A stretch of DNA of 23,697 bases from Candidatus Limnocylindrales bacterium (GTDB taxonomy: Bacteria; Moduliflexota; Moduliflexia; Moduliflexales; JAUQPW01): the NCBI GenBank assembly GCA_035559535.1, contig DATMBG010000052.1, positions 62,001 through 85,697 of the forward strand. Direction: 5' to 3'. The translations under genes were made by a program, and so were the position numbers. Below the pieces are notes generated by a model that saw only the letters and a list, made by a program, of their open reading frames with translations, made no database searches and was not told the origin of the DNA. Positions within the stretch are counted from its first letter, which is position 1, and every line of letters starts with the position of its first letter. Positions 1 to 8,924 of this stretch are shown one piece after another.

Positions 1-726
1 GGTGCGGATATTTCTTTATTGAAAAATCTAGGGATGGTTTCACACCTGAGGGCCAGTGCGGTGGCTCTACGTTGCTATGTACGTTCTTCATTTAATCTGA
101 ATCAACTGGTCATATCCTTTGATCGCTCCATTATCCCAGGTTATGCCTGGATATTTCCCATAAGCCGTGACGAGTACAACGTGGGTTGCGGTATGGCATA
201 CCGAAACGGTGCCAAAACCAAGGGGAATTTAAAGGAAATCTTCCATACCTTCGTAGCTGAGTTTCCCCTGGCGCGAGAATTGATGAAGCAGGGTGAAATC
301 CTTACTCCCCTTCAAGGGGCCCTTCTTCGATGTGGTTTAAAAGGTTCTTACCCTTTCAAGGGTAGGAATATATTAGCCATCGGGGAAACGATCGGGGCCA
401 CGTTCCCTTTCACCGGGGAAGGGATCGGCAAAGCTATGGAGACAGGGGAGCTGGCCGCATCGATAGTTCATAAGTCGCTGGTGGAGGGGAATTTCCAATA
501 CCTGCATGAATTTCCACGTCTCCTGGAGGAAGAGTTGAGACCTCGTTATCTGGGATACCAGATTGCCGAAAACTGGCTTTCCAAAGCCTGGCTTAACGAC
601 CTGATAGCCCGTCGTGCTCAGAAAAGCAGGTTCTTGCAGAATGCCTTTGCAGGTATTATTACCGAGACGGTGGACCCGCGAACCGTTTTCTCCGTATGGG
701 GAATTTTAAAATCGTTGTGGAGGTAA
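1..726 (+). CDS. Geranylgeranyl reductase-family FAD-dependent oxidoreductase, 5'-truncated by the window edge
   Basis: The frame is open from base 1 (GADISLLK...). Motifs PGYAWIFP, NVGCG and the FAD-binding-like segment GETIGATFPFTGEGIGKAMETG are typical of the C-terminal half of GGR-family flavoproteins. Stop TAA at 724-726. Confidence 0.8.
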   Translation, partial: GADISLLKNLGMVSHLRASAVALRCYVRSSFNLNQLVISFDRSIIPGYAWIFPISRDEYNVGCGMAYRNGAKTKGNLKEIFHTFVAEFPLARELMKQGEILTPLQGALLRCGLKGSYPFKGRNILAIGETIGATFPFTGEGIGKAMETGELAASIVHKSLVEGNFQYLHEFPRLLEEELRPRYLGYQIAENWLSKAWLNDLIARRAQKSRFLQNAFAGIITETVDPRTVFSVWGILKSLWR

Positions 727-796
727 GCCTGGGCAAGTTACAAGTAATAATCGAATTGTTGATCAACTCCCTGAGTTGAAGGCAAAGGTCCCTTAT

Positions 797-820
797 GTCA
801 AATGGGGACCTTTGACCTAC
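797..820 (-). repeat. GTAG-type REP-like palindrome (GTAG-GTCAAA-ggtcccca-TTTGAC) with a degenerate inverted partner at about 778-799
   Basis: The minus strand reads GTAGGTCAAAGGTCCCCATTTGAC, the same architecture as GTAGGTCAACCGTCCCGGTTGACC at 23609-23632. 783-792 and 805-814 form a perfect 10-bp inverted repeat. Confidence 0.55.
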
Positions 821-929
821 TAATCTGTAAATTTAATCCCTGAACTCTAAGCATGGGAAGCCTCTGCAGGGGGCTTTCCCATTGTGTCAAACAGGCCTTT
901 TGAAAATTTCTGAAGAGTTGATATATCTG

Positions 930-958
930 TTGACACCCATTTACCTACCTGGTAGCAT
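930..958 (+). promoter_or_regulatory. sigma70-type promoter for the Uma2 gene
   Basis: TTGACA (930-935), 17-nt spacer, TAGCAT (953-958), about 70 nt upstream of the start codon. Confidence 0.65.
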
Positions 959-1025
959 ATTCTTAAAAGGGAATATCGTCATTTTAAAACCCAGTATTAT
1001 TTTTTAAAACCGAGGAGTGAGGCTT

Positions 1026-1814
1026 ATGGAAGAAAGGCATAACGCTGGAGTGACCCTGGAAGAGGTGGAAATACCTCCTACCGAGGATGAACTTCCTTAC
1101 AGTGATGGAATCCCCATGGAATCCGAACGACATGTCTTACAAATGTACCTGTTGATCCTTCCGCTGCGACAGTTTTGGAGAGATCGAGAGTTTTTCGTGG
1201 GGGGGAACATGTTTATCTACTTTAGCCTGAAACAGTTACGCCATCAGGACTTTCGAGGGCCAGATGTATTTGTGGTGTTAGATGTACCGAAACGGGAGCG
1301 GAAGAGTTGGGTAGTGTGGCAGGAGGGAAAAGGTCCGGATGTGGTGATTGAGTTGTTGTCGGAGAGTACGGCCGGAATAGACAAAGGGGAGAAAAAGCGG
1401 GTGTATCAGGATCAGTTGAAAGTAACAGAGTATTTTTGGTATGATCCGTTTACGGGGGAACTGGCCGGGTTTCAATTACAGGGTGGAATCTATGTGCCGA
1501 TCGAGCCGGACGTTGAGGGAGGATTGGTAAGTAAGCGGTTAGGGCTGAAGTTGGTAAAATGGGCGGGAAAGTATGCAGGGGTAGATGCAGTGTGGCTGCG
1601 GTGGGCGACGAGGGAAGGTGAGTTATTGCCCACGGAGGAAGAGTTAGCCGAACAGGAAAGACAACGGGCCGAACAGGAAAGACAACGGGCCGAACAGGAA
1701 AAACGACGGGCCGAACAGGCAGAGCAGCTTGCCAGACAGCAGAAGCAGAGAGCAGATGAGTTAGAGGCGCTGTTGGCTCGTTACCGAGAACGTTTTGGAG
1801 AGGTACCAGAATAA
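1026..1814 (+). CDS. Uma2 (DUF820) family PD-(D/E)XK nuclease-fold protein with a C-terminal coiled-coil tail
   Basis: Motifs PMESERH, GPDVFVV, RKSWVVWQEGKGPDVVIELLSEST, DKGEKK and EYFWYDP. GAGGAG at 1012-1017 favours ATG 1026 over GTG 1017. Confidence 0.9.
   Translation: MEERHNAGVTLEEVEIPPTEDELPYSDGIPMESERHVLQMYLLILPLRQFWRDREFFVGGNMFIYFSLKQLRHQDFRGPDVFVVLDVPKRERKSWVVWQEGKGPDVVIELLSESTAGIDKGEKKRVYQDQLKVTEYFWYDPFTGELAGFQLQGGIYVPIEPDVEGGLVSKRLGLKLVKWAGKYAGVDAVWLRWATREGELLPTEEELAEQERQRAEQERQRAEQEKRRAEQAEQLARQQKQRADELEALLARYRERFGEVPE
1647..1719 (+). repeat. 21-bp coding tandem repeat (about 3.5 copies, AEQERQR heptads)
   Basis: GCCGAACAGGAAAGACAACGG at 1647 and 1668, a variant at 1689 and a partial copy at 1710. 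Confidence 0.9.
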
Positions 1815-1861
1815 TCTGTAGGGTTAGCAGCAGTTGTCAAAAACTTTGAATAGCTATTCTA

Positions 1862-1977
1862 CCCCCCCCCCTACCCCCTCTCCCGAGGCTTCGGGAGATG
1901 GGATTCACCGAGAGCTGGCCCATAAATCCTCTCGCTCCCCTTTCCCGCAGCGTGGGAGCGGAGGGTGGGAGTGAGGG
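1862..1977. repeat. C/G-rich inverted intergenic element (CCCTCACCCC...CTCTCCC-type repeat pair)
   Basis: Hairpin TCTCCCGA-ggct-TCGGGAGA at 1879-1898. A second half, TTCCCGCAGCGTGGGAG...GGGTGGGAGTGAGGG, lies at about 1941-1977. A related CCCTCACCCCC motif occurs near 23480. Confidence 0.5.
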
Positions 1978-2073
1978 CCACTTAAAAGTTAAGCCAAAAT
2001 TAAGTAAACGATGTACTACACTAAAAGAAAAAATGTAAAAAGATTTTTGCACTTTACTTACTGAGGAGGTGTT

Positions 2074-3219
2074 ATGGCTTTAAATCCACTTATTGAATTA
2101 CAAATTTTTGGCCAGAGCGTCTGGTATGATAATCTCAGTCGCGGGTTGATAACCTCTGGCGAACTCCGGAAAAAAATCGAAGAGGATGGGCTCCGGGGGG
2201 TAACCTCAAATCCGGCCATTTTTGAAAAAGCTATCACAGGAAGCACAGAGTACGATGAAGCCTTGAAGGAACTGGCCAGACAGGGTAAGAGCCCAGAGGA
2301 AATTTATGAGGAGCTGGTCGTTCAAGATATCCAGATGGCTTCAGATCTCCTCCAACCCGTTTATGAGAAGACAAATGGAATAGATGGCTATGTGAGCCTG
2401 GAAGTCTCACCCCATCTGGCACGGGATACCACAGGGACCATCTCTGAAGCCCTGCGACTTTGGCAACGGGTAGATCGTAGGAATCTGATGATCAAAGTCC
2501 CGGCGACCCCAGAAGGTTTACCGGCTATCGAACAGCTCATCACCAGAGGCCTTAATATTAACATCACGCTCATATTTTCCCAAGAAGTCTATGAACAGGT
2601 TGCCTATGCCTACCTCTCGGGTCTGGAGAAACGTGTGGCCGAAGGAAAACCCCTGGATACCGTCGCCTCTGTAGCCAGCTTCTTTGTAAGTCGTATCGAT
2701 ACTGCAGTGGATGCACTGCTTGAAGCCCGTATCCGACAGGCTATCCATGAACAGGAGAGGATAAAGCTCTCCTCTTTGCTCGGTAAGGTAGCCATCGCCA
2801 ATGCGAAACTGGCTTACCAGAGGTTTAAACAAATCTTTCACAGTGACCGATTCCGTGCCTTGGAAAAGAAAGGTGCGCGGGTACAACGACCCTTATGGGC
2901 CTCAACAGGTACTAAAAACCCAAAATACAGCGATGTACTCTATGTGGAATCCCTTATCGGTTCAAATACCATCAATACTATGCCACCTGCAACTTACCAA
3001 GCTTTTCGAGATCACGGTCGGGTACGTCCAACCCTGGAGGAAGATATCCCGGGGGCACGTCAAACCCTTCATACCCTTGCAGAGGTGGGTATCGATCTCG
3101 GACAGGTGACCGCAGAGCTCCTGGAAGCAGGAATTAAATTGTTTGCCGAACCCTTTGATAAGCTCCTCCGGGCCATCGAAGAAAAGCGAAATACCGTTCT
3201 TCATGAAAAATCTTCATGA
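2074..3219 (+). CDS. tal: Transaldolase (long, type II / actinobacterial-cyanobacterial-like)
   Basis: GQSVWYDNLSR, GVTSNPAIFEKA, GYVSLEVSP, Schiff-base Lys in NLMIKVPAT, NITLIFS, SVASFFVSRID and QRPLWASTGTKNP. RBS GAGGAGG upstream. Confidence 0.95.
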   Translation: MALNPLIELQIFGQSVWYDNLSRGLITSGELRKKIEEDGLRGVTSNPAIFEKAITGSTEYDEALKELARQGKSPEEIYEELVVQDIQMASDLLQPVYEKTNGIDGYVSLEVSPHLARDTTGTISEALRLWQRVDRRNLMIKVPATPEGLPAIEQLITRGLNINITLIFSQEVYEQVAYAYLSGLEKRVAEGKPLDTVASVASFFVSRIDTAVDALLEARIRQAIHEQERIKLSSLLGKVAIANAKLAYQRFKQIFHSDRFRALEKKGARVQRPLWASTGTKNPKYSDVLYVESLIGSNTINTMPPATYQAFRDHGRVRPTLEEDIPGARQTLHTLAEVGIDLGQVTAELLEAGIKLFAEPFDKLLRAIEEKRNTVLHEKSS

Positions 3220-3367
3220 AAGAATTTCCGGCATCCAACGACCTATCAAGGAACTCCCATATAAAAATGGGTGAAAACTGAAACTAAAAACGAATTTCAG
3301 TGTCTATATAAGTAATAGCTATAGTGACTGTTCGTGTAAGTTGAATCGAGTTTAAATGAGGAAAAGG

Positions 3368-3383
3368 TGGCATGTTGTTTGAA
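3368..3383 (+). promoter_or_regulatory. Possible sigma54-type promoter (non-canonical -12)
   Basis: TGGCATGTTGTTTGAA is GG-N10-GA. The -24 box is good, but the -12 has GA rather than GC. Confidence 0.4.
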
Positions 3384-3536
3384 TAGTTTAAAACAGAGTC
3401 ACCTTGTAAATTCCTGGTGAGGTTCTTTGAATTATGAACTATGGGTTTCTGGAAATTGGAATGCACAGGAGGAGAGAGAACTTATAACTCCTAAAACTCT
3501 TTGCATTTCATAAGGGAAACAAAATTGGAGGTTATC

Positions 3537-3728
3537 ATGAAAATTGCCGAAAAACAAGAATATACACTGGAAGAACTGATTTCCATCTTTAATGAGGAGG
3601 CATTTAGAGTCTGCGAGGATCCGGAGGAAGCCCGCGTCCTGGCTATGGATGCGCTGATCGACTTTGTTAACATTTACAGTGATAACGTCATTATCGACGG
3701 GATTAGTTATCCTGAGGAAGGAGAATAG
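3537..3728 (+). CDS. Small acidic hypothetical protein (63 aa)
   Basis: GGAGG at 3527-3531 precedes ATG 3537. The protein MKIAEKQEYTLEELISIFNEEAFRVCEDPEEARVLAMDALIDFV... has an amphipathic helical pattern. Confidence 0.7.
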   Translation: MKIAEKQEYTLEELISIFNEEAFRVCEDPEEARVLAMDALIDFVNIYSDNVIIDGISYPEEGE

Positions 3729-4058
3729 CCCTACTAAACTTTCTCCTCAGGAGACCTGGCATATTTTATGAGGACTCAGAAAATTTCAATTCTAACCGGT
3801 CTTATCCGGGGATCCTTCATTCGGTGTCTCCAGCAACCATCCTATCCCTCCATTTTTCGGGCTGAGGAATCCTACCTCCTTAGCCCAACCCTTCCCTCTA
3901 TACCCCTTTTTTAAACCGTCTGTTTTCCTTGCCTGATTAAAGGCCCTTTAAGGGGAGTCTGTTTTTACCCCTGAAGATCAAAAACCTCTTCAAAAGGACT
4001 ATCTTTTAACCCTCCTTCCTGGGGAATTGTCACTTTGTCAGAAATCTTTAGTTCGCTA

Positions 4059-4087
4059 TTGACAAATCTTCTCGACCTGCGGATAGT
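4059..4087 (+). promoter_or_regulatory. sigma70-type promoter for the DUF4139-type gene
   Basis: TTGACA (4059-4064), 17-nt spacer, GATAGT (4082-4087). Confidence 0.5.
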
Positions 4088-4214
4088 AGAAGCAAAGCGT
4101 CAGAGGCCAGGAGTTCAGGTTTAAGCATCGGAATAGTAGCCAAGGATGGGAAGTTGGATTTCTATCCATTCTGGCTCCTGACCCCGGACCCTTAAATAAA
4201 AAGGAGAATTGTCC

Positions 4215-6326
4215 ATGTCCCATTCTACAGTTTTTCTAATCACTTACCTGATTCTCTTATTGCTGATCCCCCTATCGGGAGGGGCTGCAACCCCGGAGAT
4301 GATCTCACTTCCAATTCGAAAAGTTGTTCTCTATAAACATGGGGTGGGTTATTTCGAGCATCAAGGAAAGGTCAGGGATAATCAGGTGATTTCCCTTCGG
4401 TTCAAAGCCGGTCAAATGAACGATATGCTTAAGTCTCTGGTGGTCTTGGACCTGGGTCAGGGGAATATTTCGGAAATTGCCTTCGATTCAAAAAAACCTT
4501 TAGATAAGTTATTAGATGATTTTTCCGTGAACCTGTCGGGAGAGGCTAATTTGATAACTCTCCTGGGCCAGATTAAAGGAGCTCGGGTAGAGGTTCAGGT
4601 AGGAGCAGAGGGGATCTCAGGCTTCATTCTTGGGCTTGAAACCAAAACCTTTATCCAGGACAGTCATGAGGTTCATACCCGTCTCCTTAATATCATGAAG
4701 GAGAACGGGGAATTGGTTCGTTTTAACCTGGACGATATCAAGGGAATTCAGGTATTGGATGAGTCTCTTCGACGGGATGTCCAGGATTATCTGACAACCC
4801 TCCTGGCTTATCGAAAGAAGGATATCCGCATGGTCACTATTTCTACCAACGGAACGGGAGAACGGGAGGTAATGTTGGGTTATACGGTGGAGGTACCGGT
4901 TTGGAAGACTTCTTATCGAATGGTACTGGAAGAGAATAAAAAACCTCTTCTTCAGGGTTGGGCCATCGTCGATAACATCCAGGATGAGGATTGGGAAGAG
5001 GTTGAGCTTTCCCTGGTATCGGGCCTGCCGGTATCCTTCATTCAGGATTTGTACACCCCGCGTTATAAAAGAAGACCTGTGGTACAGGTGGAAGAGGAAC
5101 TGGCCATAGCTCCCCAGGTTGCCGAGGCTCCGCTGGAAGAAGGTCCGGCCGAAGAGAAGGCTGCGGAAACCAGAACCCTGGAGTCACTTCCAGGAGCCAT
5201 CGAAGGTAAAATGGCTCCAACACCTGCCCCTCCACCTACTTCCATGCCAAAGCGGGAAATGCTGGCTAAGGCTCGTACGGCCGAAACAAGTAAACCTTCT
5301 CTGGCTACCGGCCTCGCACAGGCTCAGCCCCTTCAAACGATTACCCAGGAGGTCGGTGATCTGTTTGAATACCGTATCGACCATCCGGTTACCATCAAGC
5401 GAAATCGATCCGCCCTGCTTCCCATTGTTCAAAGGGAGATGGACGGAGAAAAGATAGTCTTGTATAATGAGGGGGTTCGGGCGGAGAATCCTTTGCGGGC
5501 GCTGAGAATTACCAATACCACAGGTCTAACCCTGGAAGGAGGACCTGTTACCGTTATCGATGAAAATACCTACGCCGGAGAAGCTCTTCTGGGTACCCTT
5601 AAACCCAATGAGAAAAGTTTTATTTCCTATGCCGTGGATTTGGGAAGTCTGGTAAATACAGCCCATGAAAGCAAACGCGATCGGGTCTTTCTGGTTAAGA
5701 TTATCAACGGAAATCTTTCCATTCATTATAAGCAGGTGGAGAGCAAAACTTATACCGTTCGTAATAAAGAAGAGAAGACAAAGGTTCTCTATATCGAGCA
5801 TCCTTATCGGTCAGACTGGACCCTGGCCGATAATTCTAATCTGGTGGAAACAACTCCGAATTTCTACCGCTTCCGGGTGGAACTAAAGCCCAATGCTACT
5901 ACCAAGTTTGATGTCAGAGAGGAGAATAGCTTTGCGGATACTTATGTATTGACCGATCTGACCGAAGAAAATATTACCATTTTTGCCAATCAAAAATATT
6001 TTACTCCGGAGGTTGAGCAAACCATCCATCAGATCATTCGGTTAAAGGGACAGATCGGTGATATGGATAAACAAATAAAAGAAAAAGAAGACCAGGTCAC
6101 TACCATCTTCAAAGATCAAGAAAGGGTTCGGGAGAACCTCAAAACCTTAAAAGATACCCCCGAGCAACGCAAGCTTTTAGAACGTTATACCGCCAAGTTG
6201 TCTGCCGGGGAAGACCAACTTGAACAACTCCGGAAAGAGATTCAAGCCCTTAAGGCCCAGCGTCTCCAGCTTTCACAGGAATTAAGTAAGATCTTGCAAG
6301 GATTGAGCTTTGAGAAGCAGCTTTAA
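4215..6326 (+). CDS. Secreted DUF4139-type protein with a C-terminal coiled coil
   Basis: N-terminal signal peptide. Motifs LPIRKVVLYKHGVGYFE, PVWKTSYR, LQGWAIVDN..EDW..V.LSLVSGLP, GDLFEYRI..PVTI..SALLPI and GLTLEGGPVTV. AAGGAG at 4201-4206 favours ATG 4215. Confidence 0.75.
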   Translation: MSHSTVFLITYLILLLLIPLSGGAATPEMISLPIRKVVLYKHGVGYFEHQGKVRDNQVISLRFKAGQMNDMLKSLVVLDLGQGNISEIAFDSKKPLDKLLDDFSVNLSGEANLITLLGQIKGARVEVQVGAEGISGFILGLETKTFIQDSHEVHTRLLNIMKENGELVRFNLDDIKGIQVLDESLRRDVQDYLTTLLAYRKKDIRMVTISTNGTGEREVMLGYTVEVPVWKTSYRMVLEENKKPLLQGWAIVDNIQDEDWEEVELSLVSGLPVSFIQDLYTPRYKRRPVVQVEEELAIAPQVAEAPLEEGPAEEKAAETRTLESLPGAIEGKMAPTPAPPPTSMPKREMLAKARTAETSKPSLATGLAQAQPLQTITQEVGDLFEYRIDHPVTIKRNRSALLPIVQREMDGEKIVLYNEGVRAENPLRALRITNTTGLTLEGGPVTVIDENTYAGEALLGTLKPNEKSFISYAVDLGSLVNTAHESKRDRVFLVKIINGNLSIHYKQVESKTYTVRNKEEKTKVLYIEHPYRSDWTLADNSNLVETTPNFYRFRVELKPNATTKFDVREENSFADTYVLTDLTEENITIFANQKYFTPEVEQTIHQIIRLKGQIGDMDKQIKEKEDQVTTIFKDQERVRENLKTLKDTPEQRKLLERYTAKLSAGEDQLEQLRKEIQALKAQRLQLSQELSKILQGLSFEKQL

Positions 6327-6328
6327 CC

Positions 6329-7060
6329 TCACCACTTCCATTTTAAGGCAAGGCCTACGGAGTTCCATTTAAATAAAGGTACTATGGGAAGGCCGCGGGA
6401 AGAAGGGGAAGATCCACTGGAGGATTCTGTGGAATCAGCGATTTTGGATTTTACAATGGTAAAGGGGGCTATATCCGGCATCCCTTCCAGAAGCCGGGAC
6501 CGGAGGCCATCAAAAAATGCCAGTTGTTTGGTCACATCTTCGGTCAGTAAAGTCGGCATATTATCCTCTGCAAGATAAAGCTCTAAGGCCAGATCGGAGC
6601 TTATCCCCAGGTTCATAAATGCCTTTGATGAGACAATCCCCCAGGCCGGTTCAGAGGGAGCTGATAGGTTTTTTTCTAAAGGGGAGATCATCTGACCCTT
6701 CTCTCCGAGTAATGCAGGTAACGTGCTTTGGGGAGAGCAAACCGTTTTTAAAAGATCAATGGGTGAACCTGCCGCATACAGAAGACAGTAATCTCGTGGA
6801 ATCTTTGGACCGTTTTCGGATAAAAGGTTGGATATTTCCTCCCCGTTTAACAAGGTGAGATGAACCGGTTTTGGTTCCGGACTTATATAAAGCTGAGAAA
6901 GATTTAATGTAATTCGTGGCCGGGGTTCTTGGACCGACAACTTAGGGGCTTCGAAGAGAAAAAATTCTTCAGAAAAGGCCTGTAAGGGGAAAGATACCAT
7001 ACCGATTAAAACAGCCAGGGTAAAAAAACCCGAACAGGGGAAAGTCGCTCTAAGATCCAT
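6329..7060 (-). CDS. Hypothetical exported protein ending in an alternating-hydrophobic C-terminal Trp motif
   Basis: RBS AAGGAG upstream, signal-peptide-like N-terminus (...PLQAFS) and C-terminus SVGLALKWKW. No family recognised. Confidence 0.6.
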   Translation of the reverse strand: MDLRATFPCSGFFTLAVLIGMVSFPLQAFSEEFFLFEAPKLSVQEPRPRITLNLSQLYISPEPKPVHLTLLNGEEISNLLSENGPKIPRDYCLLYAAGSPIDLLKTVCSPQSTLPALLGEKGQMISPLEKNLSAPSEPAWGIVSSKAFMNLGISSDLALELYLAEDNMPTLLTEDVTKQLAFFDGLRSRLLEGMPDIAPFTIVKSKIADSTESSSGSSPSSRGLPIVPLFKWNSVGLALKWKW

Positions 7061-7077
7061 AATCGCTCCTTTCTATT

Positions 7078-7998
7078 TTAACAGGTGAACACCTTTAAAG
7101 CTCCAGGTAAAACGGTTACACTCACTTCTGGGCCACACATCACAGGTTCTCCATCCACCTGGACGGGGGTCGAAGACTTTCGAGTGATGTTCAAGCTCGT
7201 TATAGGGTACATCATCATTTGAGGCACCCGGGTGATGTTTCCTGTAAAAAGCTTGGGAGCATGATAAAGTGCCTGAAGAAAGCTGAGTTTGTAAATAATA
7301 CAAAGATTTAAAACGCCATCATCCGGTAATGCTCCTGGAGCAATAATAGCCCCACCCCCAAACTGCTCCGTATTAGCAATGGTTACAATAAAGGGATTCC
7401 CTATTATTTTCTTCTGTCCTATCGGGGTGGTAAATTCCAGCATCATTTCAGGCGGTTGAAATTTATGGAATTCTCGAAGGGCCAGGAAAAAGTAGGGCCA
7501 TATACCTCGACGGGAGGTCGCATTTTTATCATATAAACAGCCCAGGTAAGCCTCAAATCCCACACCTGCTGTGGCAAAGAAATATCTTGTATGGAACCCT
7601 GAGCTCAGTTTTCCAATATCTATCTTATGAATTCTTCCGTTGAAGAGAAGTTGACAGGCTTTCTTCCAATCCAGAGGAATCTTTAGGGCACGGGCAAGCC
7701 CATTACCCGAACCGATGGGAATAATTCCTAAAATCGCCTCGGTGTGAACGAGAGCATTGCCGACCTCATTGATCGTTCCATCCCCTCCTGCGGCAACTAT
7801 GCGAAGATAACCTTCTCGGATCGCCTCCTGCGCTAATTTCATACCATCCCTCCGCTTCTGGGTTATTTGAATATCGTATTTTATACCTGTCTCCGAGAAA
7901 GTCAGATGAATCCACTGGATGAGTTTTTCTAGGTATTTTCCGCTTCCTGCTCGGGGATTTAGAATAAATCGAACTTTGGTATCAGATAAATCAGGCAT
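7078..7998 (-). CDS. Diacylglycerol/lipid kinase family protein (YegS/DagK-like)
   Basis: ILNPRAG, AAGGDGTINEV, GIIPIGSGNGLAR, ANTEQFGGG, A.PDDG and QVDGEP. Confidence 0.92.
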   Translation of the reverse strand: MPDLSDTKVRFILNPRAGSGKYLEKLIQWIHLTFSETGIKYDIQITQKRRDGMKLAQEAIREGYLRIVAAGGDGTINEVGNALVHTEAILGIIPIGSGNGLARALKIPLDWKKACQLLFNGRIHKIDIGKLSSGFHTRYFFATAGVGFEAYLGCLYDKNATSRRGIWPYFFLALREFHKFQPPEMMLEFTTPIGQKKIIGNPFIVTIANTEQFGGGAIIAPGALPDDGVLNLCIIYKLSFLQALYHAPKLFTGNITRVPQMMMYPITSLNITRKSSTPVQVDGEPVMCGPEVSVTVLPGALKVFTC

Positions 7999-8049
7999 AC
8001 AGGAGCCGGAAGTCAGAAATCAGAAAGGGTTCTAACCTCTGACTTCTGT

Positions 8050-8823
8050 TTAAAGGGCATATCCCCCGTCGACCACCAGATTATGACCAGTAACAAAATT
8101 GGATGCAGAAGAAGCCAGATAAACCACAGCCCCTCCCAGGTCCTGATAAGGCTCTCCATAACGTTTAATAACTCCCTGATCAACACGAATCGCCCGGATG
8201 GCCGGGGTATTAGCCCGGGCTGCATTCATAGGGGTAAGGAAAAACCCGGGACTGATGGCGTTCACATAGATATGATACTTTGCCCACTCCACAGCCAGGG
8301 CTTTGGTCAGCGTGATAACTCCGCCTTTGGCAGCATGGTAATGGACGTAATCTGCATCCCGATTGATATAAAATCCGGCCATAGACGCAATATTGATAAT
8401 TTTACCTCCCCCCTGTTGGATCATATAGGGGGCTACTGCCCGGCAGCAGAGAAAAATGGCTTTGAGGTCGACAGCCAAAACCTTATCCCACTCCGCCTCG
8501 GAGATCTCCAAAGCCGGTCGAACAAACGTGATTCCGGCATTGTTCACCAGAATGTCGATCCGTTTCCACGACTCGATGACGGTCCTGACCATGGAATTCA
8601 CCTCTCCCATCTGGGAAACATCCACCTTTACCACAAGAGCTTGCCGTCCCCTTTCTTGAACCATTTTAGCCGTTGTTTCTCCGGCTTCTTGATTGAGTTC
8701 GGCAATCACAATATCGGCTCCGGCTTCGGCCAGAGCCAGCGCCATTCCTTGTCCCAGGCCCTGTCCAGCCCCTGTTACCACAGCGACTTTCCCATCTAAA
8801 CGGAAGAAATCTAAAACCCCCAT
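8050..8823 (-). CDS. Classical short-chain dehydrogenase/reductase (KduD/gluconate-5-dehydrogenase-like)
   Basis: TGAGQGLG Rossmann motif, NNAG, catalytic YHAAK, NAISPG, and TGHNLVVDGG. Confidence 0.92.
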   Translation of the reverse strand: MGVLDFFRLDGKVAVVTGAGQGLGQGMALALAEAGADIVIAELNQEAGETTAKMVQERGRQALVVKVDVSQMGEVNSMVRTVIESWKRIDILVNNAGITFVRPALEISEAEWDKVLAVDLKAIFLCCRAVAPYMIQQGGGKIINIASMAGFYINRDADYVHYHAAKGGVITLTKALAVEWAKYHIYVNAISPGFFLTPMNAARANTPAIRAIRVDQGVIKRYGEPYQDLGGAVVYLASSASNFVTGHNLVVDGGYAL

Positions 8824-8924
8824 ATAGGTTGAATCTAAAATCTGAATCTTAAAATCCTTTCAAAGTCACTCTAGCTTTACGCCAGAAAAGAAGAAAGGTC
8901 AAGAAAAAAGTGGGGTTTTTTTAC

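Noticed and set aside
763-882. Three consecutive hairpins as a riboswitch or omega/HEARO-type RNA
   Set aside because: No matching conserved core is recognisable. They lie upstream of the predicted promoter at 930-958, one hairpin is explained by a REP-like doublet, and no IscB/TnpB gene is nearby.
1647-1719. Direct repeats as a possible CRISPR array
   Set aside because: They are contiguous 21-bp in-frame tandem units without spacers, and no cas genes are present.
1026-1814. Uma2 gene as part of a defence or restriction system
   Set aside because: It is a solitary gene with no methylase, antitoxin or other defence neighbours. Such paralogues are commonly scattered.
1837-2052. Short ORFs over intergenic repeats (also 3284-3466, 15598-15834, 17679-17918, 22010-22210)
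   Set aside because: They have no convincing RBS, their composition reflects repeats or promoter DNA, and several overlap predicted promoters.
8083-8799. 238-aa plus-strand ORF antisense to the SDR
   Set aside because: It lies wholly opposite a clear SDR gene. Long antisense frames are a known by-product of SDR codon patterns, and it has no recognisable motifs or RBS.
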